Below, piece after piece: positions 1 to 6,373 of a stretch of 32,000 nt of DNA (position 1 is the stretch's first letter; every line of letters starts with the position of its first letter). The position numbers and the translations under genes are program-made. The notes beneath the pieces are model-generated. The model saw nothing but the letters and a program-made list of their open reading frames with translations. It ran no database searches and had not been told where the DNA came from. Location: assembly GCF_000008645.1 (NCBI RefSeq), contig NC_000916.1, positions 1,470,001 to 1,502,000 of the forward strand, written 5' to 3'. The DNA is from Methanothermobacter thermautotrophicus str. Delta H. GTDB taxonomy: Archaea > Methanobacteriota > Methanobacteria > Methanobacteriales > Methanothermobacteraceae.

Positions 1-1730
1 GCCCGCTGGTTCACAGGCGGGAAATTCAACATCACATACAGTGCCCTTGACAGGCATGTTATGGGTCCTGAGAGAAACAGGGTGGCATATATATGGGAGG
101 GTGAGGATGGTAGCGTCCGGAAGCTCACCTACTATGACCTCTACAGGGAGGTTAACCGCCTGGCCAATGCCCTTAAGGATATGGGTGTCTCAAGGGGGGA
201 CCGCGTCAGCATATACCTCCCCATGATACCGGAACTCCCCATAGCCATGCTCGCCTGTGCACGTATAGGTGCAGTCCACAGTGTAGTGTTCAGCGGCTTC
301 TGGGCCAAGGCCTTCAGGGAGAGGGCTGCAGATGCCGGGGCAAAGGTTGCGATCACTGCAGACGCATTCTACCGCAGGGGTAAGGTAATAAGACTCAAGG
401 AAACCCTTGATATGGTCGCAGATGAGATCCCCTCCCTTGAGAGGGTCATAGTCGTGAACCGCATGGGGGATGATGTCAGCATGGTGGATGGGAGGGATAT
501 CTACTGGAGCGAGGCTGTTGAGGGCATGGACGATGAATGTCCCTGCCAGGAGCTTGACCCTGAGGATCCCCTCTTCATACTCTACACCTCTGGCACGACG
601 GGTAAACCAAAGGGTGTTGTGCACACCCATGGGGGCTACGCCGTGGGTGTGAGCTCTACCTACAGGTTCGTCTTCGATGTTAAGGACCAGGACATATGGT
701 GGTGTCTGGCTGACATAGGATGGATAACGGGTCACAGCTACATAGTCTACGCCCCCCTCATTGAGGGTGCAACCTCGGTCATCTATGAGGGTGCACCTGA
801 TCACCCGGATCCTGGAAGGATATGGAGCATGGTTGAGAGGTACGGTGTCAGCATCCTCTACACAGCACCCACGACGGTGAGGCTCTTCATGAAATATGGG
901 GACAAGTGGCCTGAGAAGTATGACCTCAGAACACTCAGAATACTGGGGTCCGTTGGGAACCCATAAACCCCGAGGCCTGGATGTGGTACTACCGGACCGT
1001 TGGTGGTGGCAGATGCCCCATCATGGATACCTGGTGGCAGACAGAGACCGGGATGCACATAATAACACCCCTCCCTGTGACACCCCTGAAGCCGGGTTCC
1101 GCAGGAAAACCATTCCCCACGGTGATAGCCGACGTTGTGGATGATGAGGGGAGGAGTCTGCGTGGAAGCGGAGGCCACCTTGTGATAAAAACACCGTGGC
1201 CTGCAATGTTCAGGACACTCTTCAGGGAGCCTGAGAGGTATGTGGATGCCTACTGGAGCACATTTCCGGGCATCTACCTCAGCGGTGATGTTGCAAGGAT
1301 AGATGAGGATGGTTACTTCTGGATCCAGGGCAGGGAGGACGATGTCCTCAACGTTGCAGGGCACAGGATAAGCACTGCAGAGGTTGAATCAGCCCTTGTG
1401 AGCCATCCTGATGTTGTTGAGGCTGCGGTGGTTGGAAAACCTGACATCCTCAGGGGAGAGGAGATAGCGGCCTTCGTTACTCTGAGGGATAAAGTGGAGC
1501 CCACACCCCGCCTCAAGGGTGTTCTGCGTGAACATGTGCGGAGGGAGATAGGTCCCATTGCAAGTCCCAGTTACATAGAGTTCGTTGAGGACCTTCCAAA
1601 GACAAGGTCAGGTAAGATAATGAGGAGGGTGATAAAGGCCATTGTGAGGGGTGAGGATGTGGGTGATGTCAGCACCCTCTCAAACCCGGAATCAGTGAGT
1701 ATGCTGGAGGACAGGGTCCGTACATTCTGA
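1..1730 (+). pseudogene. acs: AMP-forming acetyl-CoA synthetase. The 5' end lies outside the window. The reading frame is broken once near nt 957, either as a real pseudogene or as a single-base sequence error.
   Basis: Frame 1 is open from nt 1 (ARWFTGGKFNITYSALDRHV...) to the stop at 964-966, and frame 3 continues to 1730. Motifs present: [31 protein letters not shown]. Joining ...LGSVG (codon 955-957) to [12 protein letters not shown] (from 957) recreates the conserved [12 protein letters not shown] block. Confidence 0.9.
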
Positions 1731-1757
1731 TGATGTCATCAGACAATTCTTTTTTAT
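1727..1757 (+). terminator. Candidate acs terminator: a hairpin across the stop codon followed by an oligo-T tract
   Basis: Inverted repeat CTGATGA-TG-TCATCAG at 1727-1742 overlaps the TGA at 1728-1730. It is followed by TTCTTTTTTA at 1748-1757. Oligo-T tracts are the usual archaeal termination signal. Confidence 0.4.
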
Positions 1758-1849
1758 CGGAGAATCAGTACTGGTTTTCATGCCAGGCATACCGTTGCCA
1801 GTATGCCATTTGCCGATGGGAGAATCAGTTTTATTGGTTTTCATGCAGG
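1758..1849. repeat. Two copies of a ~30-nt box flanking a 7-bp hairpin, in non-coding DNA downstream of acs
   Basis: Box copies are cGGAGAATCAGTacTGGTTTTCATGCcAGG (1758-1787) and gGGAGAATCAGTtttatTGGTTTTCATGCAGG (1818-1849). Between them lies the hairpin GGCATAC (1786-1792), an 8-nt loop, and GTATGCC (1801-1807). Confidence 0.7.
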
Positions 1850-1979
1850 TTTTATTTTTCATCCGCGCCGCTTTCAGTTCATCAGAGGCCCGTATTTTTT
1901 GGAGAGCTTATGATGTCGTCCTGGAAGTTTTTTCGTGGCATTGCTGACTGGGAGGGCTGTCCATGAACTTTCACTCTGA

Positions 1980-2441
1980 CCACTCAGTAAAAACTGGCCT
2001 CAGAGCCTATCTGGTTTTAGCGTACAATCAGAATCTTCATTAAACCACAATGGAACTTATATACTAATTATTAAATTCATAGCACGTTAAAAAATCTTAA
2101 AATTAAATTTAAATTGTTTAAATAAGCTATATGCTCAATTGGAGCCCATTCGTCCAGTCGTTTATGAGCCATTTTTCAGCTTCCTGTTATAATAACTTGA
2201 TGTTATTTTAAGCTTCTTTAAGGATTAGAGGTTTTAATATCAATTATATGATTATTTATCTTGCTAAAATTCTTTTTAGATTATTTTAAATAGTTTAAAT
2301 CTCTTATTTATGGATTTTAAGGCCTTCTGTTAAGTCGTCTATCCATATAAATGGAGTGCATTATCAGGGATCGACAAATTTATATGTCTGAAAGGAGAAA
2401 TTTCAGAGCGATAGAGGCCAAATAAAGAAAAAATTGGCCAT
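1980..2441 (+). promoter_or_regulatory. AT-rich CRISPR leader
   Basis: This strongly AT-rich non-coding stretch directly precedes the first repeat, and no ORF in it has a ribosome-binding site. The opposite end of the array has no such region because it abuts a gene. Confidence 0.75.
2375..2386 (+). promoter_or_regulatory. Candidate TATA box for pre-crRNA transcription
   Basis: CAAATTTATATG lies about 56 nt upstream of repeat 1. The same AAATTTATATG string occurs in the tbp upstream region (23149-23162, minus strand). The predicted TSS is near 2410. Confidence 0.35.
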
Positions 2442-5400
2442 GTTAAAATCAGACCAAAATGGGATTGAAATGGTGAAAATACTAACACCCGTAGAAGCCC
2501 TTGAAGAGTTAAAATCAGACCAAAATGGGATTGAAATATTACAATCGTAAGCATTATGGTGAATCGGCTTGTGTTAAAATCAGACCAAAATGGGATTGAA
2601 ATTGAAAACTACGGAATGGTATAAGAATGGTGAGAGAGGTTAAAATCAGACCAAAATGGGATTGAAATGTAAATGCGAACTATTACTATAATAATAACCT
2701 TTATGTTAAAATCAGACCAAAATGGGATTGAAATATATTTACAATTCTAATTTGATTTTTATTTCCCATGAAAGTTAAAATCAGACCAAAATGGGATTGA
2801 AATACTGGAGGAGATGGAAAAGTGCAGCACGAGTGACATCGTTAAAATCAGACCAAAATGGGATTGAAATATGGAGGTGAAAGGAATGGTAGTGAATGAA
2901 AAAATGAGTTAAAATCAGACCAAAATGGGATTGAAATGAAGCAATGAGCTACGCAGTAGGGTGAGAGAGCAGGGTTAAAATCAGACCAAAATGGGATTGA
3001 AATTTATCGTGAAATACTTATTCTTAATCGGTTTTAGGTGTTAAAATCAGACCAAAATGGGATTGAAATTTTATATATAATTTTAACATATCCACAAAAT
3101 AGTACCTATGTTAAAATCAGACCAAAATGGGATTGAAATTTACAAACATCTCTATGGTTTCCAGTGCCATGACGAGTTAAAATCAGACCAAAATGGGATT
3201 GAAATTAAAGCTTCATTTGATTTACCGTCCATTACAAACATGTTAAAATCAGACCAAAATGGGATTGAAATCCAGGAGAGCATCAATGACATGACCAACC
3301 GCCTCAAGGTTAAAATCAGACCAAAATGGGATTGAAATTTATGCTCTTAGGAGCATAGCGACGTAGTCATACAAGTTAAAATCAGACCAAAATGGGATTG
3401 AAATTTATAAAACCAAGAATGGAAGTAATGAATAGGCCATAGTTAAAATCAGACCAAAATGGGATTGAAATTGGGATGTCCTCGATAGGCTGCGAGAGAG
3501 CGCAGCGTTAAAATCAGACCAAAATGGGATTGAAATAAAGGGTGGCGGAGAGTCGGTAGAAACGATGTGCAATGTGTTAAAATCAGACCAAAATGGGATT
3601 GAAATATCAAGCAAATGGTGATCATTATTTCCAGTACTCTTCGTTAAAATCAGACCAAAATGGGATTGAAATTTTATTTGGACTGGTTTGCCGTCGAGGA
3701 AGAATTCGTTAAAATCAGACCAAAATGGGATTGAAATTATTGGTCTCTGTCTCATCCACCGTAACGGTGGTTAAAATCAGACCAAAATGGGATTGAAATT
3801 TTTTTATTACCCAATATTTTTCTTCAATTCTTTCCAGTTAAAATCAGACCAAAATGGGATTGAAATTGGACTGATTTAAGCCCAATGGGGGCTCTCAGGG
3901 CGGGTTAAAATCAGACCAAAATGGGATTGAAATACTGGAAAAAAAGAGTACACCACAATCTACACGTAATAGTTAAAATCAGACCAAAATGGGATTGAAA
4001 TGAATGCGAGGAGGCTTAAAGCCACATTCAAGGGTTAAAATCAGACCAAAATGGGATTGAAATTATTGGTCTCTGTCTCATCCACCGTAACGGTGGTTAA
4101 AATCAGACCAAAATGGGATTGAAATTTTTTTATTACCCAATATTTTTCTTCAATTCTTTCCAGTTAAAATCAGACCAAAATGGGATTGAAATGCTCAATA
4201 AGGGTCGACGTGGCCCCGGAGGCCACGTGTTAAAATCAGACCAAAATGGGATTGAAATTACTGTGCGATCCACAGCTGACAGTGTAATTAAAAGTTAAAA
4301 TCAGACCAAAATGGGATTGAAATTGGACTGATTTAAGCCCAATGGGGGCTCTCAGGGCGGGTTAAAATCAGACCAAAATGGGATTGAAATACTGGAAAAA
4401 AAGAGTACACCACAATCTACACGTAATAGTTAAAATCAGACCAAAATGGGATTGAAATGAATGCGAGGAGGCTTAAAGCCACATTCAAGGGTTAAAATCA
4501 GACCAAAATGGGATTGAAATTGAAGCACTGTGTTGGCTCAATGCTGTCTAAGTGCTTGTTAAAATCAGACCAAAATGGGATTGAAATGGGAATACCTGAA
4601 GAAGATAAACGCATAGAGTTTGCCGAGTTAAAATCAGACCAAAATGGGATTGAAATGCTAGTTCATGGCAGATGAGTTCAGCGAGACCATACGTTAAAAT
4701 CAGACCAAAATGGGATTGAAATTAGATCACGCCCCCAAGCCACCTTAACCCGTCCGCGTTAAAATCAGACCAAAATGGGATTGAAATGTACATTTCGGTG
4801 GCGATTTTTTTCATTTCACCACCGAGTTAAAATCAGACCAAAATGGGATTGAAATATCCGAAACATCTCAGTAGCGATTTTTTTCATTTCGCGTTAAAAT
4901 CAGACCAAAATGGGATTGAAATGAGTATGGAAATAGCTATGGATGGTGGTTTTCAATTGAGTTAAAATCAGACCAAAATGGGATTGAAATTGGCGATCGT
5001 AAGGGCCCTTAACCTGCGACTGGGTTAAAATCAGACCAAAATGGGATTGAAATTAGGAGGGAGGAGTGATCCTCCCCTTTCTTTCTCAGTTAAAATCAGA
5101 CCAAAATGGGATTGAAATTTCTATCACCTCTTATTTTTCTCTCTGGAGCCGTGTTAAAATCAGACCAAAATGGGATTGAAATCTATTTTTTCTTTGTCCT
5201 CTGTGGTTCTTTTGGATTTGTTAAAATCAGACCAAAATGGGATTGAAATTTCTATTTTTCTTTTCTTTCTTTTGTCTTTCTTTCTATGTTAAAATCAGAC
5301 CAAAATGGGATTGAAATAAAATAACACTATCTAAATCATCAAAATCATTTAGTTAAAATCAGACCAAAATGGGATTGAAATTTGAGGATTTCATATGCTT

Positions 5401-5513
5401 CAAAGGGGCTTTTTCCTTGTTAAAATCAGACCAAAATGGGATTGAAATGGACACGCGTATAGCCTGAAGACGACCCTCAGCAGGTTAAAATCAGACCAAA
5501 ATGGGATTGAAAT
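2442..5513 (+). CRISPR. CRISPR array of 47 identical 30-nt repeats (GTTAAAATCAGACCAAAATGGGATTGAAAT) and 46 spacers of 32-40 nt, 41 of them unique
   Basis: I enumerated every unit by hand. Repeat starts run 2442, 2508, 2573, 2639 ... 5419, 5484. Spacer lengths sum to 1662 nt and 47x30 is 1410, giving 3072 nt, which equals the span. Orientation is inferred from the leader on the left and the repeat 3' end ATTGAAAT, which resembles the 8-nt crRNA 5' handle of class 1 systems. Confidence 0.99.
3708..4490 (+). repeat. Segmental duplication inside the array: units 20-24 are repeated as units 25, 26, 29, 30 and 31
   Basis: Spacers at 3738, 3800, 3867, 3934 and 4002 are 100 percent identical to the spacers at 4064, 4126, 4324, 4391 and 4459 (176 nt of spacer sequence). 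The second copy carries two extra spacers at 4193-4228 and 4259-4293. Confidence 0.97.
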
Positions 5514-5966
5514 TCATTCTTGGTAGCTTCCACTGTACTTTCCTGATCCCTCCACCGGGAATACCACGGCCTGTACTATCCTTTCACCCCTCTTTAGTGT
5601 ATACTCATATTCTCCATGATTATGTAAAAGGAACTGGAGGGTACCCCTGAAACCAGGATCTCCAACGGCGGTTTGAACGGATACAAAGGACCTCAGGAGG
5701 GTTGACCTTGGCAGGTAGAGCATTGCATATCCCTCAGGTATCTCTATCATCCTGTCAACACTTGCAAGGTAAGCTTTGCCTGGCTCAAGTCTGTAGATGG
5801 GCGGCTCAAGCATTTCGAGGGGTGGAAGGTTCTTCTCATCATCAATCAGTGACCCGGGTCCCATCTGTCTGTAAACCTTATCAACCCTCAGGTCAATTCC
5901 AGCTGGCTGGACAAGTTCCTCAAAGTCCGGAAAAAGTTTCTTTAAGAGCTGTTCTCCAATCATCAT
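5514..5966 (-). CDS. dUTPase/dCTP deaminase superfamily protein of the short 150-aa archaeal type, likely a dUTP diphosphatase
   Basis: The ORF reads MMIGEQLLKKLFPDFEELVQPAGIDLRVDKVY...GDPGFRGTLQFLLHNHG, which is typical of the trimeric dUTPase/Dcd fold. An SD-like GAGGAAT lies upstream of the tandem ATG ATG. Confidence 0.75.
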   Translation of the reverse strand: MMIGEQLLKKLFPDFEELVQPAGIDLRVDKVYRQMGPGSLIDDEKNLPPLEMLEPPIYRLEPGKAYLASVDRMIEIPEGYAMLYLPRSTLLRSFVSVQTAVGDPGFRGTLQFLLHNHGEYEYTLKRGERIVQAVVFPVEGSGKYSGSYQE

Positions 5967-6052
5967 GATTCCTCTGCAATTGCTATTTTCTGGTCTCTGA
6001 ATCTATTAAAGGATTTATTATATGAGTATAATACCTATGGGTGGTGATATAG

Positions 6053-6268
6053 TTGCCTGTTATCCAGATAAACTGCAATGAGCTGACAAGGGAAAAGAAG
6101 AGGGAACTCGTAAAGCGTATCACAGAGGTCTCAAGTGAAATTATGGGCCTCCCGGAGTCAACAATAACGGTTCTTATAAGGGAGTTCCCACCGGAGATGT
6201 GGGGGTTGGAGGTTCACTCCTCTGTGACAGGGAGTGAATGGTTCCTCATGGGAGTGTCTCCTCGTTGA
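6053..6268 (+). CDS. 4-oxalocrotonate tautomerase family protein. The C-terminus of the ORF as read looks frame-shifted; a corrected reading would end at 6237.
   Basis: TTG start preceded by GGTGGTGAT. The N-terminal MPVIQI... gives Pro-1, and the length and pattern fit 4-OT. From the G-run at 6201-6205 the alternative frame reads GVGGSLLCDRE-stop. That restores the family motif [W/F]G[I/V]GG and a 61-aa protein. Confidence 0.8.
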   Translation: MPVIQINCNELTREKKRELVKRITEVSSEIMGLPESTITVLIREFPPEMWGLEVHSSVTGSEWFLMGVSPR

Positions 6269-6355
6269 TACATTCCCCTCTGAGGGAGTGAATGTTCTCC
6301 GGCATGGGCCGAGAAAGCAGAATTCAGAGACTGAGTCTTTATGTGGCCCGGATTA

Positions 6356-6362
6356 TTTTTTT
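6356..6362 (+). terminator. T7 tract downstream of the tautomerase-family gene
   Basis: GGATTATTTTTTTAAG contains the only long T-run between the two convergent genes. Confidence 0.35.
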
Positions 6363-6373
6363 AAGTTCAGATA

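Noticed and set aside
955-966. Programmed -1 ribosomal frameshifting as the explanation for the split acs gene
   Set aside because: The site GTT GGG AAC CCA TAA lacks a slippery X-XXY-YYZ heptamer and I see no obvious downstream structure. A one-base G-run error or mutation is far more parsimonious, especially with a second G-run frame problem at 6201-6205.
1730-1966. 78-aa ORF immediately after acs (MMSSDNSFLSENQYWFSCQ...)
   Set aside because: It has no Shine-Dalgarno sequence and its composition is Cys/Phe/Trp-rich and atypical. It starts inside the acs terminator hairpin, and its internal repeat is explained by the DNA-level box duplication. I treat it as non-coding.
2086-2115. Leader segment GTTAAAAAATCTTAAAATTAAATTTAAATT resembling a degenerate CRISPR repeat
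   Set aside because: Only about 16 of 30 positions match, beyond the shared GTTAAAA start. The surrounding DNA is roughly 80 percent AT, so this is not distinguishable from chance.
2339-4298. ORF-track entries inside the array (2339-2554 minus, 3108-3335 plus, 3405-3755 minus, 4113-4298 plus) with repeating peptides such as LKSDQNGIEI and FQSHFGLILT
   Set aside because: The periodic peptide is simply the translated CRISPR repeat. These entries have no ribosome-binding sites and are artefacts of stop-free repeat frames.
2442-5513. A global strand bias of spacers, with crRNAs antisense to purine-rich mRNAs as expected for RNA-targeting type III systems
   Set aside because: The bias is inconsistent. 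Spacers 40-43 are pyrimidine-rich, but spacer 7 (2871-2907, containing GGAGGTGA-N5-ATG), spacer 13 and spacer 34 look like sense-strand coding or initiation regions. No conclusion is possible without the protospacers.
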